Assembly (NCBI GenBank): GCA_900553025.1
Contig: USBT01000002.1
Location: 4,318-68,317, forward strand
Source: an uncultured Eubacteriales bacterium
GTDB lineage: Bacteria > Bacillota > Clostridia > Peptostreptococcales > Anaerovoracaceae
Direction: 5' to 3'
DNA: 64,000 bases
The stretch's first letter is position 1. Every line of letters begins with the position of its first letter. The position numbers were made by a program, and so were the translations under genes. The notes beneath the pieces were generated by a model. The model made no database searches. It worked only from the letters and a program-made list of their open reading frames with translations, and was not told the DNA's origin. Below, in pieces: positions 8,888 to 18,390 of this stretch.

Positions 8888-10226
8888 GCTAGCTCGTGTG
8901 CTTGGCATCGAAGAAAACGAAAAGAAACTCAAATCCAATGAAGTTGATGAAGAAGCGCAAGCTGTAGAAGTAAAAGATAAGGATAGAGATGCGACTGTAA
9001 AAATTAAGGAAAGCGTTGTTAATGTGAACAATTTCTCAATAAAGAGGATAATTTTTATTGCGCTCGGACTTATCATATTTTATCTAGCAATCAAGAATAT
9101 TGCAGTAGTAATAAGCTACATAGGGACATTTATCTCGTTTTTCACACCATTTATACTGGGAGCAGCCCTAGCATTTGTCATAAATGTGCCGATGACCAAG
9201 ATTGAAGGCTTCCTCTTTAAAAAAGTACCAAAGAATCCAAAGACGAGGCTGCAAAAATGTGCAAAAGCTCTCAAAAGACCTGTGAGCATGCTGATAGCAT
9301 TGCTTTTAGTTTTCGGAGCAATAGTGGTTGCAGGCATAATAATCGTACCGCAGGTTGCTAGTGGACTGGAATCACTAGCTGATGCGTTGCCAGGTGCTAT
9401 GAATCGTCTAGAAAACTGGATATCCTTAAATGCGAACAAAATAGATGCAGTTGAAAATCTGATGAACAAGGTTGACATTGATCTGGATTCTGTGGGTAGA
9501 GAACTTGCAAACACGGCAAAAGGCTGGGCGGCTGCGATGCTCGATAGTGGATTCAGCACTGTTTCAAATATTGTCAATGGTATTTTTGAATTTGTAATAG
9601 GATTGGTATTCGCTATATACATACTGCTTCAAAAGGAAAAACTTGGAAGACAGGGCAAGCAGATAGTATATGCTTCATTTACTAAAAAACCAGCCGATAA
9701 AATTATGTATATAACAGGGATGACAAGGGATGTATTCAAGGGTTTCATATCAGGACAATGCGTCGATGGGATAATCAATGCGATATTATTTTTTATCATC
9801 CTGACTATACTCGGCATTCCTTACGCTGTAATGCTCAGTATATTCACAGGTTTTATGGCAATGATACCAATAATAGGATCTTTTATTGGAGCAGGTGTGG
9901 GAGTTATCATTGTTTTGATAATGGATCCGTCACAGGTTCTTTATTTTATAATTCTGTATATTGTCGTTCAGCAATTAGACGGAAATGTTATATACCCACT
10001 CATTGCAGGAAACTCCATGGGCTTACCGTCAATATGGGTGCTTATGGCTGTTACAGTCGGAGGTAGCATGATGGGAATACTAGGAATGATTCTCTTTATT
10101 CCAATCTGCTCAGTCTTATATCAGCTGACAAGACATTACGTACTCAGACGACTTGATGATAACGATGTAGATAAGGAAAAATGGGAAAAGCCTCTAGAGC
10201 TTGATGCTGATGTCCTTGACAAATAA
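8874..10226 (+). CDS. AI-2E (PerM/YhhT) family transporter
   Basis: Multiple TM helices, PFILG.ALAFVINVP and QQLDGNVIYP...G.SMGLP.IWVL.AV.VGG...GILGM..FIP. Start set at ATG 8874, overlapping the end of copA. Confidence 0.88.
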   Translation: MNWSKLARVLGIEENEKKLKSNEVDEEAQAVEVKDKDRDATVKIKESVVNVNNFSIKRIIFIALGLIIFYLAIKNIAVVISYIGTFISFFTPFILGAALAFVINVPMTKIEGFLFKKVPKNPKTRLQKCAKALKRPVSMLIALLLVFGAIVVAGIIIVPQVASGLESLADALPGAMNRLENWISLNANKIDAVENLMNKVDIDLDSVGRELANTAKGWAAAMLDSGFSTVSNIVNGIFEFVIGLVFAIYILLQKEKLGRQGKQIVYASFTKKPADKIMYITGMTRDVFKGFISGQCVDGIINAILFFIILTILGIPYAVMLSIFTGFMAMIPIIGSFIGAGVGVIIVLIMDPSQVLYFIILYIVVQQLDGNVIYPLIAGNSMGLPSIWVLMAVTVGGSMMGILGMILFIPICSVLYQLTRHYVLRRLDDNDVDKEKWEKPLELDADVLDK

Positions 10227-10228
10227 GG

Positions 10229-10264
10229 TGATGTGGGGCTGTTTCACAGAAATAAGCCCCATCA
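10229..10264. terminator. Hairpin between convergent genes, probable bidirectional terminator
   Basis: tgatgtggggct...agccccatca stem in the short gap between convergent stop codons. Confidence 0.55.
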
Positions 10265-10272
10265 TATAGCAT

Positions 10273-12870
10273 CTAATCCATCACCTTAAGTGAATCTATC
10301 ATATCTATCTTTTTGATTTTAAAGTACATTATAAAGTTTACGATGGCTGCAAATATCATTGTTAGGACGAAAGCTATCAGATAGCTGAACCATGAGATTC
10401 TAAGCTGGAAATATACCATTTCAACCTGAATTTGGTGCATAACAAAGGCATGCAGAAGCCTTCCGAGCGCGACTCCAATCAAAGCACCAAAGGCTGTCAA
10501 GAAGGTGCTTTCTCTGAATATGTAAAGGGCAGTTTCCTTAGGGTAGAAGCCTAATACTTTGATAGTTGCAATTTCTCTAACTCTTTCTGTGATGCTGATA
10601 TTTGAGAGATTATACAAAACTATGAGTGCTAGCCCAGCGGCAGCAAGCACTATGACCGCAATGACGGAGTTTAGACTGTCCATCATATTTGTTATTCGTG
10701 TATAGTTGTCATGATTTATTATGGTTCCACTTACATTTTCATCATCGAGAACACCTACAGATGAGTCGAATATTTTGTCGACAGATGACTTGTCGTTGTG
10801 TGCAACTGGCCTATCCAGACCTTTCACGTTTACAAGTGCCTCATTCATGCTGGCGGACTTGCCAAAGTAATTTTTGTATGTCGCCGTGTTCATATAGATA
10901 TAGTTATCTATAAAGTTTCGAGTTACGGCAGCAACCTCAAATTCGGCGGATTTTCCAGCCTCATTTTTGAGATTAATTTTAGAGCCCACCTTAACTCCTT
11001 GCTCATCAGCAAGCTTCTCGCAGATTATTATTTTTCCATTGCTTGGTATCTCAAGACTTTTGCCTCTCATTTCGAGATTTACAAAGTCTTTGATATTCTT
11101 TTTATCGGAAGCTATAAGCTTTAAATCTATAGTGTCCTTTTTTCTTTTGTATTTGAGTGTTTCGCCATGATAAAACATGGATTTGTCAATTGTTTTATTG
11201 TCTTTAAGAAAGTCTGACTCGGACCCTTTCATATCTTTGCTAAAGTTTATTTTGTAATCGTAGACTGAGATTTCTTCGTACTGATAGCTTGCGATGTTTT
11301 TGATTGAATCGTTGATACCAAAGCCTGTTAAAAGTAGAGCTGTACATCCACCTATGCCAAGTAGCATCATGAATAGTCTTTTTTTGTATCTAAATATATT
11401 TCTAAAAGTCACCTTGTATAGGAAGCTGAATTTTTGCCATATGAATGGTATTTTCTCTAGCAAAATACGTTTTCCTTCTTTTGGAGATTTCGGGATAATG
11501 AGGGACGCCGGCATACCCTTTCTGTCCTCGTGAAAGGCGAGGAAGGTTGCTCCTGCTGAACCTGCTATGCATACGGCAAGGGTTGCAATGCCAAGTGCGA
11601 CATTGTGAGGGTAGTTGATAGGTGTATCAAAGTGATAAAATGATTGATATGCATCCCATATGGTTGTCGGGAATACATAACTCCCACCGAGATAGCCAAG
11701 TACTGCTCCGATGAATGTTGCGCTGACTGCATAAAACAGGTATTTGCCGAGGATTACGGAGTCTTTGTAGCCAAGGGCTTTTAGCACACCGATTTCGGTT
11801 CTCTGTTCATCTACAAGCCTTGCCATGGACGTCATAACCACGAGTGCTGCGACAAGGAAGAAGAATGCCGGAAATACGTTGGCAATGCCACGCACTATGT
11901 TGGAATCGCTTTCGAATGTAGCATAGCCTGCATTGTGATTTCGGTCGAACAGGTATGTCGTTGGCTTTTGGATCTTAGAAACAGCTTCCTTTATAACAAA
12001 ATCTGGAGCCTTCGCAAGTCCTACTTTTTTGAATTTGGCGTTAGCCTGCTTCTTGGCGTCTGAAACGAGCCTGTCGTATCTGTCATTTGAAACCTTTGTG
12101 AGCACATCAGAAACCTTATCCCTGCTGTCTTCAATGGCATCCTCATATTCCTTGGTGTATATCTTCGGCCTATTTTTGATTGTTAATGCAACGGAAGTAA
12201 AATATTTGAAATCGAAGGCTTTCCCTGGCACATAGACATAGGAGTAAACTGTACCGTTGCCTAGATTTGAATAGCCTTTTTCCTGATTAAGAAAAATAGG
12301 CGATGACACGAGACCAACTATTTTGAATGAGTTGACCTTAAAGTCGCTGGAAGCTCTGCCTTTGAAGGTATTTTCGGCTTTCTTTATTAAGGATTTGTCC
12401 GAATTTTTAATCTTGATTGTTTTTCCTATGTCATTACTGTCAAAAATGCCGTTATCGGCCACACATTCAGATGACTTTGTTGGCATTCTTCCCTCGGAAA
12501 GTTTAGGCATATCGACATGGTTTTTCGGCATGGATATAGCCTTTATGACCCTCTCGACATCTTCATTGTCCATGTAAACAAAATCTTTTGATTTGAAGCC
12601 CTCGACCTTATCAAGTGGTATTTTGTTATTGCCCTTGCTAAGACTGTCCTCTATTTTGTTGATGTCCTTGCCTGTAAATCCGAGAGTGGAAATCATTTCG
12701 AAATCGTGCATATTTTGTTTGTTTAAGAGTCCGTCAACGGTTGTGACCATAACGTCCCTTGATTGAACGAGGCCGGCAAAAAATCCTACTCCAAGGGCAA
12801 CGATAGCTATTATCGCAAAATATCTGCCCAGGCTCTTTGTTATTTCTCTAATTGTGCTTTTTAACAACAT
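10273..12870 (-). CDS. ABC transporter permease, FtsX/MacB-type with two permease repeats
   Basis: RYFAIIAIVALGVGFF, VFPAFFFLVAALV..TSM.RLVDEQRTEIG.LKALGY and LYNL.NISITERVREIATIKVLGF. Confidence 0.9.
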   Translation of the reverse strand: MLLKSTIREITKSLGRYFAIIAIVALGVGFFAGLVQSRDVMVTTVDGLLNKQNMHDFEMISTLGFTGKDINKIEDSLSKGNNKIPLDKVEGFKSKDFVYMDNEDVERVIKAISMPKNHVDMPKLSEGRMPTKSSECVADNGIFDSNDIGKTIKIKNSDKSLIKKAENTFKGRASSDFKVNSFKIVGLVSSPIFLNQEKGYSNLGNGTVYSYVYVPGKAFDFKYFTSVALTIKNRPKIYTKEYEDAIEDSRDKVSDVLTKVSNDRYDRLVSDAKKQANAKFKKVGLAKAPDFVIKEAVSKIQKPTTYLFDRNHNAGYATFESDSNIVRGIANVFPAFFFLVAALVVMTSMARLVDEQRTEIGVLKALGYKDSVILGKYLFYAVSATFIGAVLGYLGGSYVFPTTIWDAYQSFYHFDTPINYPHNVALGIATLAVCIAGSAGATFLAFHEDRKGMPASLIIPKSPKEGKRILLEKIPFIWQKFSFLYKVTFRNIFRYKKRLFMMLLGIGGCTALLLTGFGINDSIKNIASYQYEEISVYDYKINFSKDMKGSESDFLKDNKTIDKSMFYHGETLKYKRKKDTIDLKLIASDKKNIKDFVNLEMRGKSLEIPSNGKIIICEKLADEQGVKVGSKINLKNEAGKSAEFEVAAVTRNFIDNYIYMNTATYKNYFGKSASMNEALVNVKGLDRPVAHNDKSSVDKIFDSSVGVLDDENVSGTIINHDNYTRITNMMDSLNSVIAVIVLAAAGLALIVLYNLSNISITERVREIATIKVLGFYPKETALYIFRESTFLTAFGALIGVALGRLLHAFVMHQIQVEMVYFQLRISWFSYLIAFVLTMIFAAIVNFIMYFKIKKIDMIDSLKVMD

Positions 12871-12908
12871 TTCGAAGCTTCCCCTAATCTAAAAATCTAT
12901 GCCAAGTC

Positions 12909-13610
12909 TTACCACTCGATTTCCTCAATCGGAACGATGTTTTCGTTTATTTCCTCAGATGTGACTGTGCCATTCTTGACGTGGATAACCCTGTCTGCCA
13001 TAGCTGTGAGTGCGGTGTTATGTGTGATGATTATTACAGTCATGCCCGTGGTTTTGCAGGTATTATATAGAAGTCGCAAAACAGTTTTGCCGGTTATGTA
13101 GTCTAGTGCTCCGGTTGGCTCATCACAAAGCAAGAGCTTGGGGTTCTTAGCAAGTGCTCTTGCGATTGCTACACGCTGCTGCTCTCCTCCAGAAAGCTGA
13201 GATGGGAAGTTCTTTAGACGTTCACCAAGTCCAACGTGTTTGAGTACTTCTTCTGAGTCAATCGGGTCATTGCAGATCTGAGTTGCGAGGCTCACATTTT
13301 CCACAACGGTCAGGTTCTGAATGAGGTTGTAAAATTGGAATATAAAGCCGATATCGTGGCGTCTGTAGTCTGTTAGTTCTTTTTGAGAATATTTGGATAT
13401 GTCTTTGCCGTCCAAAATAACATTTCCATCGGACAGAGTATCCATGCCGCCTAGGATGTTAAGAAGGGTTGTTTTGCCTGCTCCAGAAGGCCCGACAATC
13501 ACGACAAATTCGCCTTTCTCGACGGAAAAGCTGGCGTCTTTGAGCGCCTCAATGTTGACTTCTCCCATGTGGTAAACTTTTTTTACGTTTTTAAATTCTA
13601 CATAACTCAT
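12909..13610 (-). CDS. ABC transporter ATP-binding protein (LolD/MacB-like)
   Basis: [36 protein letters not shown] and ITHN. Confidence 0.95.
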   Translation of the reverse strand: MSYVEFKNVKKVYHMGEVNIEALKDASFSVEKGEFVVIVGPSGAGKTTLLNILGGMDTLSDGNVILDGKDISKYSQKELTDYRRHDIGFIFQFYNLIQNLTVVENVSLATQICNDPIDSEEVLKHVGLGERLKNFPSQLSGGEQQRVAIARALAKNPKLLLCDEPTGALDYITGKTVLRLLYNTCKTTGMTVIIITHNTALTAMADRVIHVKNGTVTSEEINENIVPIEEIEW

Positions 13611-13848
13611 TTTGATTATTCCTCTAGTTTATCAATATTGCATTGCAGCAATTGAGTAAATTTCATACGGTAATTATATCATATACGCGGGAGTTCTAAA
13701 AGATGGACGGGGATAAATAGATGGCTATGGATACTGAAGTTAATAGCAAATTTTTCAAGAATATTAATCAAAAATTTATCACTACAAAATTTCTTAGAAT
13801 TTGATATAATTAAACGTAAGAAAAATTAAAATAATGCGGAGGAGTACG

Positions 13849-16122
13849 ATGCTGAAGAGAATATTGATAGGATTACTTTGTGTAATTGTTGCGGCTGCTA
13901 TGATTGTTCCAGCAATAATAAGCTTTGCCCAGCCGGCGAATGCTGTAAACGCAATCGGAGAGAATGCAGAAGAGAAAAAGGGAGACCCGAACAAGCTGAC
14001 TATTTTGTTCGAGCACGATATGCACTCTCATCTTGAGAAATTCCCCAATATGGCAACTGTAATCAAGCAAACAAAGGAAGAGGATCCAGACACTTTAATT
14101 TTGGATGCTGGAGATTTTTCCATGGGAACTCCCTATCAGACCATATATAGGAATGAAGCCGCTGAGTTGAGAATGATGGGGTTTGTGGGTTTTGATGTTA
14201 CAACACTCGGTAATCACGAGTTCGATTACAGACCAGCGGGTCTTGCAGACATGCTAAATAGCGCGGTCAAAAAGTCAGCAGAAGATAAGAAAAAGTTTGA
14301 CGAGGATGTCAACAGAAGATATCTAATTAATGCTAGGAATAAACCTGAAAATCCATATAGATTACCACAAATGGTCAACTCAAATATTGACATGGAGGCG
14401 ACAATAAAAGATAAGGCTTTGAAGGAGAAAGGTGAGCTTCTGAAGTCAGCACTCGAAAATTATGGTAGCAAAGAATATACGATAATCGAGAAAAATGGCA
14501 AGAAGATCGCTGTGTTTGGCATCTTTGGAAAGCAAAGCCTCGACTATGCCCCAGAGGCAAATACGAAGTTTAAAGAACCTGTTAAGTCGGCTAAGGCAAC
14601 TGTAAAGAAGATAAAGTCTGAGAAGCCGGATATAATAATAGCGGTTTCGCATAGCGGAACAAACGAGAATAAGGAAGAGTCGGAGGACGAAATTCTTGCT
14701 CGTGAAGTGCCGGATATTGATTTGATAATTAGTGGACACAGCCATACCTTCATGACTGAACCCATTAAAGTCGGCAAAACAACTATAGTTTCTACTGGAT
14801 GCTATAATTCAAACATTGGAAAACTAAGCCTCCAAAGGTCTAGCGATGGAAAGAGATTTGAACTTTCGAGTTTTGATTCTTTGCCGCTTTCGAGTGTTGA
14901 GCCGGATGAGGAAACAAGCAAGGAGCTTAAAAGATTCAGAGATCTTGTGGACGAAGAGTTCTTTAAGCCTTATGGTTATACATGGGATCAGGTGCTTACG
15001 AAAAGCGATTTTGATTTTGAAAATGCAGAAAATCTCGGAATACGTCAGGAAGAAACCAGGCTTGGCAACATTCTTTCCGATGCCTTTATCTACGCTGTGA
15101 AGGAAGCCGAGGGAGAACATTACGAGCCTATAACAGCTTCGATTATAAATGCTGGAACAATAAGAGGTAGCTTTAACAAGGGAGAGATAAAGGCTGGAGA
15201 CGCATATAACAGCCTCTCGATTGGAACTGGTGCTGATGGAAAGCCTGGATATCCACTTGTTTCAGTGTATCTTACGGGAAAAGAACTCAGAGGACTTGCT
15301 GAGGTTGACGCGACTGTTTCGGATATGATGATGGAAGCAAGGCTATATATTTCAGGTCTGATGTACAGGATAAATCCTCATAGATTGTTCCTCAATAGGG
15401 TTTCCGAGATATATAAGGTTAACGTTGATGGCTCAGAATTTAGGGGTACTCTTCCATATGCAGAAGGGATAGGTCATGATCCTGAAAATCCTAGCAGAGT
15501 TTCAGAACGCAAGGATTTTCAGAAAATCGAGGACGCTGTAAGAGATGTGGAGAATAGTTCAGGCATAGAAGAGCTTGAAGCTGATAAGCTATATAGGATT
15601 GTTGGCGATCTATACGAATGTCAGATGATAGGACTTGTTAACGAAAAATCTAAAGGCTTGCTTTCGATAACGCCAAAGGATAAGGATGGCAATGAAATCG
15701 AAGATTTTGAAAAATATATTATTAAAAGTCCAGATGGCAGCGAACTAAAGGAATGGTATGCGGTTGTAAGATATATGGATTCTTTCGGTGATAACGGTGT
15801 GCCAAATTCATATGCTAATCTGCAAGGGAGAAAGATTGTTGAAGATGTCAAATCTTTGGGCAGTTATGTTAAAAATCCGAGTAAAATATTTTGGATGGCG
15901 GTCGGCGTACTCGTGCTCGGTATTTCAGTTCTGTTGCTTATTATTATTTTGATAGTTAAACTTTTGAGAAGGATATTCGGCTATTCTAGAAGAAGAAATA
16001 ATGTTCCGACGGGGTTGTTCGGACCTTCAGGGAGCTCAGTATATAGGGCATCTTCTGGAGGTAGCACTATATTCAAACATAGAAAAAATAAGTATAAAGC
16101 AGGATGGAAGAGAAGACGCTAA
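13849..16122 (+). CDS. Exported, C-terminally anchored metallophosphatase/5'-nucleotidase
   Basis: Signal peptide; HDMHSH, LDAGDF, LGNHEFD, SHSG, GHSH and NAGTIRG motifs; C-terminal TM helix with a basic tail. Start after GGAGGAG. TGATATAAT at 13802-13810. Confidence 0.9.
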   Translation: MLKRILIGLLCVIVAAAMIVPAIISFAQPANAVNAIGENAEEKKGDPNKLTILFEHDMHSHLEKFPNMATVIKQTKEEDPDTLILDAGDFSMGTPYQTIYRNEAAELRMMGFVGFDVTTLGNHEFDYRPAGLADMLNSAVKKSAEDKKKFDEDVNRRYLINARNKPENPYRLPQMVNSNIDMEATIKDKALKEKGELLKSALENYGSKEYTIIEKNGKKIAVFGIFGKQSLDYAPEANTKFKEPVKSAKATVKKIKSEKPDIIIAVSHSGTNENKEESEDEILAREVPDIDLIISGHSHTFMTEPIKVGKTTIVSTGCYNSNIGKLSLQRSSDGKRFELSSFDSLPLSSVEPDEETSKELKRFRDLVDEEFFKPYGYTWDQVLTKSDFDFENAENLGIRQEETRLGNILSDAFIYAVKEAEGEHYEPITASIINAGTIRGSFNKGEIKAGDAYNSLSIGTGADGKPGYPLVSVYLTGKELRGLAEVDATVSDMMMEARLYISGLMYRINPHRLFLNRVSEIYKVNVDGSEFRGTLPYAEGIGHDPENPSRVSERKDFQKIEDAVRDVENSSGIEELEADKLYRIVGDLYECQMIGLVNEKSKGLLSITPKDKDGNEIEDFEKYIIKSPDGSELKEWYAVVRYMDSFGDNGVPNSYANLQGRKIVEDVKSLGSYVKNPSKIFWMAVGVLVLGISVLLLIIILIVKLLRRIFGYSRRRNNVPTGLFGPSGSSVYRASSGGSTIFKHRKNKYKAGWKRRR

Positions 16123-16181
16123 AAGAATTAACGGAGTTCTTCGAATCACATCTAAAGATAATTCATTAGAGGAAACGTATT

Positions 16182-16241
16182 GCTAAGAATGCCATATCAA
16201 GTGTAATTTCATTTGGTATGGCATTTTAGCTTTCTTTATTT
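16182..16241 (+). terminator. Intrinsic terminator
   Basis: gctaagaatgccatatcaa / ttggtatggcattttagc stem, followed by tttctttattt. Confidence 0.75.
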
Positions 16242-16400
16242 TGGAAAAGATATATCAATTGAATGAAATTTGTAGTAAAATCGAATATTTTGCGCCAAGA
16301 ACATCTGTTTGCACAATATGTAGGGCATTTTGGCATGTGTTACACTTTTTAACCACTATTGTGGTATTAAAACCACGTATTTCCCCTATTAGATCTTAAA

Positions 16401-16440
16401 AATGTTGAAAAGTGGTGAAAAGTGGTGTAAAATGGTGTAA
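16401..16440 (+). promoter_or_regulatory. MraZ-binding repeats (dcw operator)
   Basis: Four 10-bp units aatgttgaaa/agtggtgaaa/agtggtgtaa/aatggtgtaa directly upstream of mraZ. They match the known GTGG[A/T]G repeats at 10-bp periodicity. Confidence 0.8.
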
Positions 16441-16498
16441 ACAAAAATCAATATGGATGCGTGTCTGTTTTGATAATTTATAGCTTGAGGTGAAGGAT

Positions 16499-16930
16499 AT
16501 GTTTATGGGAACATATAACAATTCAATAGACGGAAAAAACCGGATGATTGTTCCCGTTAAGCATAGGGAAGGTCTTGGGAGTAGATGTATTTTGACAAAA
16601 GGGCTAGATAAATGTCTGTATATTTACACCTTATCAGACTGGGAGAAACAAATGGACAAGATTTCGAACATGCCCGAATCTGATCCTAAGGTGAGAGCCT
16701 TCATCAGACACTTTTGTGCTAATGCTGTAGAATGTGAATTTGATAAACAGGGAAGAATAGTGATTCCTGCAGAGCTCAAAGCATATGGTGAGTTTTCAAA
16801 GGAGCTTGTTACTATGGGTGCTATGAAAAAAATTGAAATTTGGGCGAAGGAAGTCTGGGATGCAGATGAAGATGGTCAGAAAATGGACACCGAAGCCTTT
16901 AGTGATGCTTTGTCTTTGTACCAATTTTAG
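16499..16930 (+). CDS. mraZ: Division/cell wall cluster transcriptional repressor MraZ
   Basis: MFMGTY.NSIDGKNRMIVP...GLDKCL and EFDKQGRIVIP...IEIW. First gene of the dcw cluster. Confidence 0.96.
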   Translation: MFMGTYNNSIDGKNRMIVPVKHREGLGSRCILTKGLDKCLYIYTLSDWEKQMDKISNMPESDPKVRAFIRHFCANAVECEFDKQGRIVIPAELKAYGEFSKELVTMGAMKKIEIWAKEVWDADEDGQKMDTEAFSDALSLYQF

Positions 16931-16945
16931 GCAGAGGTAAAGGGG

Positions 16946-17935
16946 ATGCCAACTAAAATCGGTAATGGAAAAAGTCAAACCACAGAGTACAAGCATATAA
17001 CTGTTTTGTCGGAAGAATCCATCGAGGCTTTGAATATCAAGACGAATGGAATTTATGTGGACGGCACATTAGGTGGTGGTGGGCACAGTGCTCTGATATG
17101 CGAGAAGCTTGGCCCAAAAGGAACTCTTATAGGAATTGATAGAGATACGGATGCACTTTCAGCCGCTGGGGATAGGCTGAGTAAGTACAACTGTAAAAAG
17201 ATTTTTGTTCATAACAATTACTCGAACATTAAAGAAGTTTTAGGGGAACTTTGTTCTGAGGGAAAGATTGGGAAAAATAAGATAGACGGAGCGGTATTAG
17301 ACTTAGGCGTTTCATCATTTCAGCTGGACAATGAGTCAAGAGGATTTTCATATATGAAAAAATCACCGCTCGACATGAGAATGGATACGGAAGACAGGCT
17401 CTCTGCCTATGATGTTGTCAATGGATATGACCAAAGAAGTTTAGCGGATATCATAACAAAATACGGCGAGGAAGCTTGGTCTAAGAGAATTGCGAAATTC
17501 ATAGTTGAGGCGAGGGCTGAAAAACCCATAGAAAACACAGAGGAATTGGTTGAGATTATTAAGGCAGCAATTCCGGCGAGGGCAAGAAGAGATGGTCCGC
17601 ATCCTGCAAAGAGGACCTTTCAAGCAATTAGGATTGAGGTTAATCAGGAGCTTGCACATCTCGAAAAGGCTGTTTCAGATTTTTGTGATTGTTTGGACTT
17701 CGGAGGAAGACTTTGTATAATTTCGTTTCACTCTCTGGAAGACAGAATAGTAAAGAATATTATAAGCAAAAGGGCAAACCCTTGCACTTGTCCGCCAGAG
17801 TTTCCGATATGTGTATGTGGAAAGACTGCTGACATACGAAAGATTTCAGGAAAGCCAGTTCTACCTTCAAAAGAAGAAGTCGAACATAATCCTAGATCGC
17901 GGAGTGCTAAAATGAGGGTATGTGAAAAAATATAG
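16946..17935 (+). CDS. rsmH: 16S rRNA m4C1402 methyltransferase
   Basis: [57 protein letters not shown] and NPRSRSAK. Confidence 0.97.
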   Translation: MPTKIGNGKSQTTEYKHITVLSEESIEALNIKTNGIYVDGTLGGGGHSALICEKLGPKGTLIGIDRDTDALSAAGDRLSKYNCKKIFVHNNYSNIKEVLGELCSEGKIGKNKIDGAVLDLGVSSFQLDNESRGFSYMKKSPLDMRMDTEDRLSAYDVVNGYDQRSLADIITKYGEEAWSKRIAKFIVEARAEKPIENTEELVEIIKAAIPARARRDGPHPAKRTFQAIRIEVNQELAHLEKAVSDFCDCLDFGGRLCIISFHSLEDRIVKNIISKRANPCTCPPEFPICVCGKTADIRKISGKPVLPSKEEVEHNPRSRSAKMRVCEKI

Positions 17936-17961
17936 TCAGGTGGACATTGTGGGGGATAAAG

Positions 17962-18288
17962 ATGGCTAGAAAACAAAAAGTTAAAATTATCTTTTTTATA
18001 CTGATGATTGGACTAGTTCTTGCTTTTATGGTTTTAGCTGAAGCGTTTAATGCAACTATACAACATGAGAATAATGAGTACTCTAAAACGAATGCTGATA
18101 TTCAAGGTGAAATAGATACGCTTAAGGTAAAGGTTAAATCATCTAATAACATTGAGAACATAGAGAAAGTCGCAATTGAAAATCTTGGCATGGTTTACCC
18201 CGGCGATGAACAGTGTGTTTATTTAACAGAAAATGATAAGCCAAAGGGGGGCTTTGCGGCTATGCTAAAAAGTCAGGCGTACAATTAG
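17962..18288 (+). CDS. ftsL: Cell division protein FtsL-like
   Basis: Single TM plus coiled coil, IEKVAIENLGMVYP; lies between rsmH and a class B PBP. Confidence 0.75.
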   Translation: MARKQKVKIIFFILMIGLVLAFMVLAEAFNATIQHENNEYSKTNADIQGEIDTLKVKVKSSNNIENIEKVAIENLGMVYPGDEQCVYLTENDKPKGGFAAMLKSQAYN

Positions 18289-18308
18289 TTGAATAAATCG
18301 GAGAATAG

Positions 18309-18353
18309 AAGCCGGACATGCTAATATCAATATATTGTCTGGCTTTTTATTTT
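18309..18353 (+). terminator. Possible terminator between ftsL and the PBP gene
   Basis: aagccggaca...tgtctggctt followed by tttatttt. An extended -10 (TGCTATAGT, 18365-18373) follows. Confidence 0.5.
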
Positions 18354-18390
18354 GTGATTGCGGATGCTATAGTTCAAGAGGATAATTACT

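Noticed and set aside
16401..16440. 10-bp tandem repeats as iterons or a novel repeat
   Set aside because: Position and GTGG periodicity match known MraZ-binding repeats.
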